Shown in pieces: positions 1 to 12,460 of a stretch of DNA of 64,000 bases. This DNA comes from the human T2T-CHM13v2.0 reference genome, Homo sapiens. The stretch is taken from the NCBI RefSeq assembly GCF_009914755.1, contig NC_060937.1; one strand, written 5' to 3'. The notes under the pieces are model-generated. The model was not told where the DNA came from. It saw only the letters and a list, made by a program, of their open reading frames with translations, and did no database searches. Both the position numbers and the translations under genes were made by a program. Numbering within the stretch: position 1 is the stretch's first letter; every line of letters begins with the position of its first letter.

Positions 1-1175
1 TTCTGGGTCTAGCAACCCAACAAGTCTACCAGACTCTGGGCTGGTACTGGGGGCTGTCTACACAGAGTCCTGTGATATAAACCATCTATGGGTCTCTCAG
101 CTGTGGATACCAGCACCTGTTCTGGTGAAGGTGGCAGGGGGGTGAAATGGACTCCGTGAGCATTTTTAGCTTTGATGGTTTTTGTGCTGGTTGGCCTCCT
201 GCCAGGATGTGGCATTTTCCAGAGAGTATCAGCTGTGGTATTATGGAGAGGAACTGGTGGTGGGCAGGGCCTCAGAATTACCAAGAGTATATACCCTTTT
301 TCTTCAGCTACTAGGGTAGGTAGAGAAGGACCATTGGGTAGGGGCAGGGCTAGGTGTGTCTGAGCTCAGATTCTCCTTGGGCAGGTCTTGCTGTGGCTGC
401 TGTAGGGGATGGGGGCGAATTTCCCAGGTCAATGGAGTTGTGTACCTAGGAGGATGATGGCTGCCTCTGCTTAGTCATGCAGGTTGTCAGGCAAGTGAGC
501 AAAAACCGGTAGTCACAAGCTTCACCTGGCTCCCATACTATCCAAAGGGCCGATTTCACTCCCACCATGCTCCCCTTAACAGCCAGAAGTCTCTTTCCAG
601 GCAGTGGCTGTGGAGTCCGCACACTGGATTCACTCCCTCCCCTGTGTTCTGGCCAGGAGGCTTCCCTCCCAGTTCAAATTGTTACAAAGTTCAGCTGGGG
701 AATTCCTTCTCCCTGTGGCATTCCCCCCCACGCCTCTGGCTGCCCTCCCAATGGATCCCTTTGTTGCCAGGCAGTAATGGCCTGCTTGGGGACTCAATGA
801 GCTCCCAAGGCTTTTCCCACTACTTCCTTTACCCTTGTATTTCGCTCAACTATCTACATTGACTCAACTCCTGGTAAGGTTGGAAACTTCTCCTGCAAAC
901 CAGGCCTTCAGTTTCCCCATTGGGGCATATATTCAGGAGCTGAGAGTCTCCCTTTCCCACTTCCACAGTTTGGGCACTCACAGTGTTTGGGGTGTCTCCT
1001 GGGTCCTACAGTGGCAGTCCACTTCCTTCGCAGGGTCTATGGGTCCTCTTGGAATTCCTGGTTCGTTCTTGCAGTCATTATGGAGCTAAAGTTCATGATG
1101 CAAGCCTCTGCATGCTGTTCTGTCCATTCGAATTGGAGCTGCAATCTAGTCCTGCCTCCTGTCTGTCATGATGAT
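1..1175 (-). mobile_element. L1PB-class (L1PBa-like) LINE-1 5' UTR; element continues left out of the window
   Basis: Reverse complement of ~1135-1172 reads atcatgacagacaggaggcaggactagattgcagctc, matching my recall of the L1PBa 5' terminus. The rest is GC-richer, CpG-decayed 5'UTR-like sequence. Confidence 0.75.
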
Positions 1176-1263
1176 CCCAAACATAAATCTTGTATTTTTG
1201 AGCAGTTAGGACAATAGGCATTTACCCCCATACCCAACTGTGTGCTTGGCTACTGTCTCCTAT

Positions 1264-1745
1264 TGAGAGGTGAAGCCAGCTGGGCTTCTGGGTCCAGTGG
1301 GGACTTGGAGAACTTTTCTGTCTAGCTAGAGGATTGTAAATGCACCAATTAGCATTGTGTAAAAAGGGACTAATCAGCACTCTGTAAAATGGACCAATCA
1401 GTAGGACATAGGCAGGGCCAAATAAGGGAATAAAAGCTGGCCACTCGAGCCAGCAGCAGTAACCTGCTCGGTACCCTTCCAGCTTTGTTCCTTCACTCTT
1501 CATAATAAATCTTGCTGCTGCTCACTGTTTAGGTCTGTGCCACCTTTAAGAGCTGTGACACTCACTGTGAGGGTGGGTCTGTGGCTTCTTTCCTGAAGTC
1601 AGCAAGACCACGAACCCACTGGAAGGAACAAACAACTCCGGATGTGCCACCTTTAAGAGCTGTAACACTCACCACAAGGTCCACAGCTTCATTCTTGAAG
1701 TCAGCGAGACCAAGAACCCACCAGAAGTAATAAATTCCAGACACA
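1264..1745 (+). mobile_element. Solo ERV9 LTR (LTR12F-like)
   Basis: Starts TGAGAGGTGAAGCCAGCTGG and ends AATTCCAGACACA. Has CCAATCAG-type repeats, aataaatcttgctgctgctcac and duplicated U5 units. 4-bp TSD ctat/ttat. Confidence 0.9.
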
Positions 1746-2039
1746 TTATCTCTTTAAATTCCAGGGCTCTTTTCTTTGCTGCAGACAGATGAATAAGTCT
1801 GGCTTAGAGGTAGCAAGACCATTTATCAGCCTCCAGATGTTCCAGCATCCTCCCTATGGATCTCCCATTACCTGCAAGTCACAGGATGGCAGGTGCTATG
1901 GTAGAGTCACCCAGGAGCTCCTGGAATGGAGGAGATGAAACGGTGGAGATGGGAACTCAGATTCCTTTTATTTTTATACTTTTGGGAGTTTATTTCTATA
2001 AACATTCTTTGTCTTCTACATTCTTTTTTTAGATAGATA

Positions 2040-2340
2040 GCCCAGGCAAGGTGGCTCATGCCTGTAATCTCAGCACTTTGGGAGGTTGAAGTGGGAGGAT
2101 CACTTGAGCCCAGGAGTTTGAGACTAGCCTGGTCAACATAGTGAGACTCCGCCTCTACAAATAATAAAAAAATAAAAGATTAGCAGTGTGTGATGGTGTC
2201 CACTTGTGGTCCTAGCTACTCAGAAAGCTGAGGTGGGAGGATTGCTTGAGCCTGAGATGTTGAGGCTGCAGTGAGCCATGTTTGCACCACTGCATTCCAG
2301 CCTCAGTGACAGAGTAAGACCGTGTCTCAAAAAACAAAAA
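2040..2340 (+). mobile_element. AluJ
   Basis: Dimeric Alu with J-type ggaggatcacttgagcccaggag and an A tail; flanked by agatagat. Confidence 0.9.
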
Positions 2341-2398
2341 GATAGATGATAGATAGATAGATAGACATATTAGATAGATATAGATGTAGATACAGATG
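2340..2398 (+). repeat. (GATA)n-like microsatellite
   Basis: gatagatgatagatagatagatagac...agatagatatagatgtagatac. Confidence 0.85.
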
Positions 2399-2973
2399 TT
2401 ATGATCAGCCTTAAACTTAATCCTCTCCTTTTTCCATGTTCCCCTTAATTTTCTGTCAGTCTTCAGTAAAACTTGTAGTTTTCTTAAGACTAGTTCACTT
2501 TTCTTATCATTCAGTCACACCTGAATTAACTGCAATCAGAATCAGATTCATTATAACTAGTTAATTATACTTGAACTTCTTTTTTTACTTCACTCATATA
2601 CCAAAATTTTTCAGTACAACATTTGCCATTCCTTCTTAGATTCCAGTGCTGTGGTCTCTTTGTCTCTTTTAGATGCTAGGATATCTTATTTCATTTGTAC
2701 CCTTTAAATATATACAAATAATAAATAAGTTAATTAAAAGTCTGTCCTGACATTTCCAAAATTATTCTTTCATTTCCCTCCACCTATCAGTTCCTTTTCC
2801 ACAGTTCACAATTTCTGAAAATGACCCTACCTGGTTGTTTAAGCCCCATCCTTTCCAAATGTAGTTATCATCATTTTTTTTTCCTCTCTTCTACTACACC
2901 ATAGCTCATCCATTAGCAGTTCTGGTTAACCAGAACTGGGATATCTCAAAGATCTTTATATAGTCATTCCCTA

Positions 2974-3157
2974 TGTATTAGTCCATTGTCATGCTGATAA
3001 TATATTAAGACATATCTGAGATTGGGTAATTTATATATAAAAAAAGGTTTAATGGACTCAGTTTCACATGGCTGGGGAGGTCTCACAATCATGGTGGAAG
3101 ACAAGGAGGAGCAAGTCACATCTCATACGGTGTCAGGGAAGAGAGAAAAGAGAGCCA
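2974..3157 (-). mobile_element. Partial THE1 (MaLR) LTR, 3' half
   Basis: tgtattagtccatt...catggctggggagg...tcacaatcatggtggaag...gagcaagtcacatct is the reverse complement of a THE1 LTR 3' end. Confidence 0.85.
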
Positions 3158-4034
3158 GGAGTTCAAATTATATTTTTGAATGATACATCTTGTCAGATAA
3201 TTGTTTCAAAAATTTCAAAATTATTTGCAAGTTCAAGCCACTACTATTACTTACATTCAATTAGTCTGTCATTCTTCATTCTTGAGTCCAGCCTCCTATT
3301 ACACATTCTCCAATAAGGAATAAAAATAAACCTCCAATGAGATGCTTCTCCACTTAAATCTCTTCAGAGACTTCTCCAGATATTTAGATATAAATGCAAA
3401 GCCTTGCCTGAATTTACAAGGTTATTCAAGGAGAATAGTGACTTTTTAAATGTGTTTTTGGCCAATGCTTTCCTTTATTCTACTCCAACTAAACAGTATC
3501 TATGCTTTTTCGAGAACACATTAAGCATACCCCGTCCAAGGTTATGAATTTCTTCTAAAATCTGCTTCTAGATATTCATTTCATAGATATTCATTTTGTT
3601 GCATTTTATTTCTCTTTATTTCATGCAAGTCATGAATATTCTTGGAAAACATTTTAGTAAAATTTATAATAAATTTAAGTATGAGGATGCCATGATATAT
3701 TAAGACAATTTAATCAGCAAATAAAATGATAAAACATAATTTTTAAAAACGTTAATATGTCTAAAATGTCTATATAATAAGTAATGATTAATAATTTACA
3801 AAGTGAATTTAGGGAGTAAATTCATAATCGTGAACTGAAATTTAAGATAAAAAATAAAGTAATGTAATATGTGTGTGTGTATATATATTTAGGTGTGTGT
3901 ATATAGTATATATTTATATATATGACATTCAGATGTGGAAAATAAATTATAAAGTTATTTTTTAATGGTTGAATATAGCATTTAATCTTAACCTTTTATT
4001 TAAAAATGGTTAAATATAACATTTTGTGATTATG

Positions 4035-4245
4035 AAACAGAGTTTAAGGACTCTGGCTCTGCAGCAAACCACCCTTACAACACCACCTTGAACAAACCAA
4101 CCAGCTGTCTCTTCTTTAGTTATCAAGTTTTTATAAATGCTGTACAATATCATGGGGGTTTTATGAGGTTTAAGATATTAATACATTCAAAAATATTTAG
4201 GACACTGCCTGATGCATAATTATCAATTCAAAATATTAGCTGGTA
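4035..4245 (+). mobile_element. MIR remnant
   Basis: Degenerate MIR core/tail (ggggttttatgaggtttaag...acactgcctgatgcataa...aatattagct). Confidence 0.55.
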
Positions 4246-4837
4246 TGCTTCTAATAAGTACAATAAAAAGAATGATTCATAGTCAATGTTTTCCTTTCAG
4301 GATGTTAAATATAAAATGTACATTCTTGTAATGATCATGTGTCATCTTATCTCACAAAAGGTGTAGTGGTGGCTATGGTGTGTGCTGCTTAGCAGCCTTG
4401 ATTTTATGCTATCATCACCAATTCAAACAATGGATATTGTTGAAGATTAATTTAATAAAAATATAGAAAATACAGGCATACCTTAGGTATATTGTGGGTA
4501 GGTTCCAGACCACCACAGTGAAGTAAATATCACATTAAAGTGAGTTGGTTTCCCATTGCATATGAGAGTTATGTTTACACTATACCATTATCTATTAAGT
4601 GTACTATAGCATTATATCTAAACATCAATGTGCATGCATTAATTAAATCTATTTTATTTCTTAAAAAATTGCTGTTATCTGAGTCTTCGATGAGTTGTCA
4701 TCTTTTTGCTGGTGGAAGGTCTTATCTCAGTGTTGACCAATCTGATTGATTAGAGAGGTGTTTGTTGAAGGTTGAAGTAGGTGAGAAATTTCTTAAAAAA
4801 GGGCAACAATCACATTTGCTATATCAAGTAACTTGTC

Positions 4838-4968
4838 TTGGTGGGTATATGGTAGATGTATATATGTATGGAGTACATAAGATATTTTGAAACAGGCATG
4901 CAATGTCTGAAAGCATATTAGAGTAAATGGAGTGTCCATCACCTGAAGCATTTATCCTTTATTTTGTT
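4838..4968 (-). mobile_element. Short L1MA1-3-type 3' UTR fragment inside Tigger1
   Basis: gtgggtatatggtagatgtatatatgtatggagtacataagatattttgaaacaggcatgcaatg...ccatcacctgaagcatttatccttt matches the L1MA 3' end. Confidence 0.75.
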
Positions 4969-5393
4969 AGCATGTGATGCTGTTTGATAGAATTTTACCC
5001 AGAGTAGAACTTCTTTCAAAATTAGAACAAATCCTTTCAAACCCTGCCACTGCTTTGTTAACAAAGTTTATGGAATATTCTAAATCTTTTTCTGTCTTTT
5101 CAACAATGTTCACAGCATGCTCACCAGGAGTTGTTCCCATCTCAAGAAACAACTCTCTTTGTTCTTCCATAAGAAGCAACTCCTCATTTGTTTTAATTGT
5201 GAGATTGCAGCAACTCAGTCACATCTTTAAATTCCACTTCTAATTCTAGTTCTCTTGCTATTTTTACCACATCTGCAGGTCACTTCCTTCACTGAAGTCT
5301 TGAGCTGCTTGAAGTCATTCCTGTAGGTTGTAATCTACTTCATCCAAACTCCTGTTAATTTTGATATTTTGACAACTGCCTATGAATTATGAA

Positions 5394-5570
5394 TTTTTTT
5401 TTTTTTTTTGAGATGGAGTCTTGCTCTGTCGCCCAGGCTGGAGTGCAGTGGCACGATCTCGGCTACATTGCAAGCGCCGCCTCCTGGCTTCACGCCATTC
5501 TCCTGCCTCAGCCTCCCGAGTAGCTGGGACTACAAAGTGCCTGCCACGACTCCTGGCTAATTTTGTTTTT
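5394..5570 (-). mobile_element. 5'-truncated AluY (right arm) inside Tigger1
   Basis: Poly-T followed by right arm with Y-type gcaagc...cacgccattctcc; gaat on both sides. Confidence 0.88.
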
Positions 5571-7464
5571 GAATGTTCTTAATGGCAGTTAAAATGCTGC
5601 AGCACTTCCAGTAGGTTTCCAGTTTACTTTGTCCAGAAACATCAGTGTAATTACTATCTATGGCTGCTATAGACTTAAAAGATATATTTATTAAACTCTA
5701 TGACTTAAAAGTCAAAATTACTCTTTGATCCATGTGCTTCAGAAAGAATGTTGTGTTTGGAGGTATAAAAAAACCATTAATTTTATACATCTGCATCAAA
5801 GCTCTTGGGTGACCAAATACATTGTCGAAGAGCAGTAACATTTTGAAAAAAAAAAATTCTGAGCAGTAGATCTTAACAGTGGGGTTAAAATATTCAGTAA
5901 AATATGCTGTAAAAAAGATGTGCTCTCATCCAGGAGTCGTTCCATTTCTAGACCATAGGCAGGATAGATTTTAGCATCATTATTAAGGGCCCTAGGATTT
6001 TAAAAATGGTAAATAAGCATTTGCTTCATCCAAAGCCATCATCTGCATTATCCTCTAATGAGAGTCAAACTGTCCTTAGAAGCTTTGAAGTCGGGCATTG
6101 ATTTCTTTCTAGCTGTGAAAGTCCCAGCTGGCATCTTCTTCCAAGAGGAGGCTGTTCGATCTATATTGAATATATGTTGTTTAAAGTAGCCACCTTCATC
6201 AATTATCTTAGCTAAATCTTCTGGGTAACTTGCTGTAGCATATACATTAACACTTGCTGCTTAACTTTGATGACATAGAGATGGCTTCTTTTTTAAGCCT
6301 CATAAACCAATAGCTGCTAGCTTCAAGGTTTTTTTCTGCAGCTTCCTCACCTCTCACAGCCTTTGTAGAATTGAAAAGAGTTAGGGCCTTGCTCCGTTTT
6401 GGTCTTTGGCTAAAGGGATTCTTGTGACTGGTTTGAGCTTCTATTGAGACCATTAGAACTTTCTCCACATCGGCAATTACATAGTTTTGCTTTCTTATCA
6501 CTTGTGTGCAATGGAGTAATATGTTTAAGTGTCTTCAATAACTTTTCATTTGCATTCACAACTTGGCTAATTGTAGTGCAAGAGGCCTGGCTTTCAACAT
6601 ATCTTGGCTTTCAAGATGCTTTCTTCACATCAGCTTAATCATTTCAAGCTTCTGCTTAAAAGTGGGAGACATGCAGCTCTTTCTTGAACGCTTAGAAATG
6701 TTTGTAGGTTTATTAATTGGCCTAATTTCAGTATTATTGTTTCTCAGCAAATAGGGAGGGTGGAAGAAAGGATTACAGAGAGGACAATGGCCAGCCTGTG
6801 GAGGAGTCAGAACACACACATTTGTTGATTAAGTTTTCCATCTTATGGACTGCCATCAAAACAACTACAATAATAATATCAGAGATCGCTGATCATAGGT
6901 CATTAAAACAGATATAACAACAACAAAAAAGTTTGAAATATTGAAGACTTACCGAAATGTGACATAGCAACACAAAGTGAGCACACGCTGTTGGAAAACT
7001 GGTGCTGATAGATGCATGTTCCACACCTGGTAGCCAGAAAGCTTCAATTTCTAAAAACTGTAACATCTACAAAATGTAATAAGCAAAGTGCAATAACACA
7101 AGGCATGCCTGTATGTACATATGAGCTTGCAATTTTCAGAAGAAAAAATAATGGAAATATTATTTTTGCTGAAAAAGTGAAACATTGTAATTTCTATAAT
7201 TAATGACAGAACAATGTTGCTCAGTGGTTTTGCAACATTATATTTTTGGTGTTTTCAAATTAGTTTGAGATGTACACACTGATAATACAAAAATAAATTC
7301 TACATATTATGAACATTTAATATTTAGCACATGATTACAGAATGAAAGATGTATATTCACAATGTTGTAGCTATTACAATATAAGATGAAGAAATTTAGA
7401 ACTTCCAATGTGTTTCTAATTGCAATTGATTTATTCTTCACTGAGAACTCTGAACAAGTGACGG

Positions 7465-8160
7465 GCTAGGTATTAGGAGTGTGGAGTCGGGGATCAATGA
7501 ACAAGATAAATTTGGTTCCTGTCTTCACAGAGGCTATTAACTAATGGGAAAACCAGAAATCAGATAGTCATTTAGAAAGGGAATGAAGGTTATGAAAACC
7601 TGCACAGTGCTTTGGGTCACATGACAGTGAAATCTTAGCCATCTGTGAGGAAACAATGTTTAAACTGAAATTTAGAGATTGAGCATATTTAGGTAACCAA
7701 AAGGTATGGGCAAAGAGCTTTTAATTTGGGCAAAAGGAACTATGTGAATAGCTTGAAAGAGCAACAAAAGGAAGAAAGTCCTACTTTGAGTGAGAAATGA
7801 AAGCTGATTGACCCAAGACAAAGTTGTCAACAGTTATCGCAAAGCTCAAAATTATGTCCACCATGAGTTTTTGTTTAAGCTTTTTTCCTAAAGAAAGAAA
7901 GTAGCCATTTGATGTGTTTTGGAACAGGGATAACATGATTATATTTTAAATTTACAAATATCTGTCTGAGTTCAGTGGGAGGGACGTGCTTGAGGGGAAC
8001 AAGAGCGGATGTAGAAAGCCAAGTTAGTAAATTGTTGTAATATACAAATGAGATATAATGCTAATTGAGACTATAAAAGGGCAATTAAAATAGATCTAAG
8101 TAGAATCTAGAAACACTATGTAGCAATACCACAGAATGATCAGCCATGTGGACTTTGGTG
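7465..8160 (-). mobile_element. L2 fragment
   Basis: Degenerate L2 3' region (atgaacaagataaatttggttcctgtcttcacagag...agccatttgatgtgttttggaacagggataacatgatt). Confidence 0.55.
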
Positions 8161-8288
8161 GCAGAAAAATTAGAGTTTAAACTTTGATTTTGTAATGTAT
8201 TAGGTATCTATGCTTTAATATGTATTCTGAACTACAATCGAAATCACTCTTATCTATTAAATAATAATAATATATCAAACACAGGGTG

Positions 8289-8402
8289 GTCATGTGGATT
8301 AAATTAGTTAATGCTTACAAAGTACTTTGTCACCAATTATATTGTGTCATGTGGATTAAATTAGTTAATGCTTACAAAGCACTTTGTCACCAATTATATT
8401 GT
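8289..8402 (+). repeat. 57-bp tandem duplication within a MIR remnant
   Basis: 8289-8345 and 8346-8402 are identical except aagTac/aagCac. Confidence 0.95.
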
Positions 8403-9314
8403 ACAACTACAGGCTGTAAATATAGTTACTATAATAATGCAAATCATGGGTTGTGAATAAATTAATGAAGAGAAAGGAATCAACTGTGACCACAAACTTT
8501 CAAGACTGAGAAACTAAGTGAAACATTGGAGCCATTTAATTAAGATAAGAACCCAGAGAAGAAAAAAAATAGTCCAGGGATATTGAGGAGGAGGATGATT
8601 TTCATTTGAGATAATAATGTCTAGTTTGCAGGCATTATAGTAGCATTAAATAAAAGCAAAATGATACACATATCATATCACAGAGCCATCCAAGCAATAA
8701 ACAATGTTTCCATGTTTGTTTTGTTCTGTATTTCTCTCTTTCCAGATACTTTTTAATCCCTCTGTTTATCAGAATGCTATTCTAGTTCTTTTCAGTCTTC
8801 AATACAACTTTAGTATTTTTCTCTAGATACTCCCTCATTTTTGCCCACAAATTAAAAGTAAAAAGTCCCCTACAAAGTCCATGAACATTTTCCTCTTAAT
8901 TATGCTTTTCATAATTTTTAAAGCCCCGTCTGCACATATTGGCTCAAATTCCTCAACTATGAAACCATTCTATGACATATTTATGTCATTTTTTCTCTTT
9001 TCATTTAATCTATCCATTTTGCTAACAAAGCTAACATTTATTGTAGTGTTTACAAATTCAACTAATATTCCATATTTATTGAATATAATGGTTTTTAAAT
9101 TTCAATTAATATTTTTTCAATTAATATTAATTAACATTTACTACTAATAAAATTTTCTAAATATTCTAAGCCACCTTTCATTATATGTCACCAAGTCTCT
9201 TTTGTTGAAACTCTCATTCATTTATGAATACGTGTATGCATATATACCCTAATATTAATTTAGTGTCTGTTTTATACCAGTTGTTTTTGTTAGGCATTCA
9301 AAACACAAGATTAA

Positions 9315-10470
9315 TAAGCTCATTACACAAATATATACTGGACATCTACTTTGGGATAAATAGTTTTAGGTCACTGGAATGGTTCAGTAACACAAAACCT
9401 TTTATAGTTGAGCTTACATTTTATTGTAGGGAGGGTGAGCCAAATTACACAAACAGATTTGTTTATCTTCAGTTTATGGTTTTGTTTGTTTGTGTTTTAA
9501 ACCACAGAATTGAACATGATCACCTAGCCAGTAAAAGTACATAGAGAGAACAAAGTGGAACAGAGAATAGTTTGTGACATTTCAAAATAAAGAGAAAAAG
9601 AGAAGACAGGAACAAACACAGGAGACTTAGAAGGAGAGGCCAATTATATAAGAAGACAACCAAGAGGTAGCATATTAAAAAATGTCAGGTAAAGAAAGTG
9701 AGTAGAAGGCTCAAATGCTGATGGTATGCCAAATAAGGTAAAAACACCACTAGGCTGAAACATGCAGAGATCATTCATGACCTTGTTTAAAAAAAAAAAA
9801 AATTCACTAGAGTGATGGCTGTAAATTCCTTTTTAAAGTAAATTTAAGGAAAAAAGGGGCTGGGTACGGTGGCTCATGCCTGAAATCCCAGCACTTTGGG
9901 AGGCCAAGGCTGCCGGATTACCTGAAGTCAGGGGTTCAAGACCAGCCTGGCAAACATGGTGAAACCTCGTCTCTACTAAAAATACAAAAAATTAGCTGGG
10001 CACAGTGGCTGTAATCCCAGCTATTCGGGAGGCTGAGGCAGGAGAATCGCTTGAACCCAGGTGGCAGAGGTTGCAGTGAGCCGAGATCATTTCACTGCCC
10101 TCCAGTGTGGTCAACAGAGCAAGAAAAAAGGGATAAGTAAAATTACAAACAGAGTACAGAAAACCTTTTCCAGGACTTTTGTAAACTCCTGGCAAATAAG
10201 AGATATCGATTGGAACTGTAACTAACAGGGGAAAAGAGAATATTGCTTTTTTAAAAAATGGGAGAGATAAAAACAAATTTCTGTCAATGGAAATAGTCAA
10301 GTAAAGAGAGAAAATATTCTGAGAGGAAGAAGGGAGAATTGCTGGAACCAGGTCTTTCAGAAGGCGTAGGGGAAGATAAAGATGCAATGCACAAATGGAG
10401 GCATTGGCTTTAAATAAGAACAAGGACTCTTCATTTATAGAAACAGGCAGGGAAGAATAACTGGTGATAT
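9315..10470 (-). mobile_element. L2 fragments interrupted by an Alu
   Basis: ctcattacacaaatatatactggacatctact 3'-end motif followed by a purine-rich degenerate L2 body. Confidence 0.5.
9858..10123 (+). mobile_element. AluS with a small internal deletion, lacking the terminal bases and A tail
   Basis: Dimeric Alu ending cagagcaaga; aaaaaaggg on both flanks. Confidence 0.9.
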
Positions 10471-12460
10471 ATAGGAGAAGGAAAAGTTACATAAGAAATG
10501 AGGCTTGAAGCCGAAAGAGCAAATAAGTTTTTCATAACTTAGTGTTTCTGAAAAGCACAATGAACTCAAGTTGATACTCTCCTATTTCCACCATGAACAA
10601 AACAATGTGTCACAAATGGGTTTAGGAAGAATGTAGAACAGATGTCAAGAAATCTTTCATCATACAGAGACCCATAAACATATGGAATGACCCACGAAGC
10701 AAACTGTGAATTTGGAATCATTGTAACCCTCTAGGAAGTAATTAAAACACATATTTAGTGATCAAAAGTTTTATGAAGAAAAGAGCTTGATGAATTGTAC
10801 GATATTTAGATTTTTTAACCAACATTTTCTCTGCTTTATGCTTTTTTCCCCCATGGTTTTGTAGGAAGATGCATTTCTTCCATCTGTTATTTACCATTTT
10901 GAGTACTGTATAGTAAACCGAATAATTCAACCAAAAAATTCAAAGAACACCTTCAGTGACTAACACTGGAGAAATTTTAAATATAATTATTTGGAAGCAT
11001 ATGAATCTGCAGTTTACAAATGCTTAATTTTAAAATAATAAGGCATAATTTTTTTTCTTAGTTTAACTGAAAAAAATGGCTCATTTACTCTAAACAACTT
11101 TTGAGTTTTAGTAGATCATATGAAAATATTTTTAATTAAGTCTGCTTTAGAAACCCTGTGAATCTGAATATCTCACTTTTTTGTTTATTTCTGTCTGTGT
11201 ATAGCAGTGGATATACAGAAAACATAATAAGGCAATTGATATGGAGACTAATAAATTACTGTTATTAGTAATTAACTTTTTGATTAGGTATCACTTCTTT
11301 TATGTCTTTTTTTTGTCAGATGCTATTTTTATTGTGCTAAATACCATTCATGTAAGTCACCACAAATAACCAAGTTTATAAAATTTTAAAAGCGGTCAGG
11401 TAATTTAAGATGTATCAAACAAAAGAGTAGAGTTTTACATCATATTTAATCAAAAAACATGTTCATGTATTTCTTCTGTATCAACAATTAAATTGCCTTT
11501 TTTCTGCTATTGAAATCAAAGAAAGAAAGTGCATTTGAGGTGATTATTATTAATGTATAGAAAGGATATATTGAATTCCTGATTATTACTCATAACTCTA
11601 TTGGTTATTAAATGGAGATAGAAAGTTTACATTGACTTTATAATTATCAATTATGTTTAGTTGCTCAGTTTGAATACAATATTATTCTTTATATTATAAG
11701 CCCACAATTTGGCAGGCTTAGTCAAGCTGTACTTACCTGATTACCTAATTAAACAATCGAATTGATCAACAGAGTGTATTAATTATGTGCTCCAGGTAAT
11801 TACAGTACCTTTTTAGTTTCCACATCTGATTCAGTGGACTAAAATATGCATACTTTTAAAAATACAATTTTAAAACATTTCTCAATACTTTGAATTTGCT
11901 GTTTTAAATATTGTGTATATATTTTAGCATCCTTGAATAATAAAATGATATTTAGCATGTCTCTCTTTTCTCACAGTGCCTTTTATATGAGACATTCATA
12001 ATTTTAAAATAATTTAGCTTCACAATCCACAGTGTATTTACCTTTATTGCCCTTATATTTTATGTTTGTAGAGAAGTGAATTTATAGAATTTGTGTAACT
12101 TACACAAATTGTTGGGTCACACAAAAATCACTTTTAATGGGAATATTTCATTAAAGCAGATTCTGAAAATATTTCTTATAATAGCTATATAAATATTTAG
12201 TATGATCTTTATTTTAGAAAAGTATTTTTTAAATTTACTTAAAATTATTTTCTATAGTCTCTATGCCAAAGATTACTTGATGTATCATATACTACTTGGT
12301 GTACCATAAAGAAGTTTGCTTATTTTTGTCAATCTTTTATTGACTGATTTTCTGTTCCTTTTCATCTTTCCAGTTACAATGGAAGATGTGTTCTTTCCCC
12401 TATCCAAATTAAATCGCTTCATCCTGAAAGTCATATATCCTCAACATCTTCTCAATGACT

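Larger units (their letters stand above)
4473..7111 (-). mobile_element. Near-full-length Tigger1 (TcMar-Tigger) DNA transposon with decayed transposase
   Basis: TIRs CAGGCATACC (4473) and GGCATGCCTG (ending 7111), flanked by TA (4471-4472, 7112-7113). Minus-strand ORF pieces (KRSRKSCMSPTFKQKLEMIKL; [16 protein letters not shown]; [23 protein letters not shown]) match Tigger1/TIGD1-type transposase but are broken by stops and frameshifts. Confidence 0.95.

Noticed and set aside
1540-1745. Tandem ~100-bp repeat
   Set aside because: Intrinsic U5 repeat structure of LTR12.
4967-6819. Transposase-like ORFs as a TIGD1-type domesticated gene
   Set aside because: Fragmented by stops, frameshifts and an Alu insertion; an ordinary dead Tigger1.
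12345-12400. Splice-acceptor-like site (similar ones near 4300, 21408 and 35010)
   Set aside because: No convincing donor or coding frame; such sites are common in AT-rich DNA. A lncRNA or short exon cannot be excluded without RNA data.
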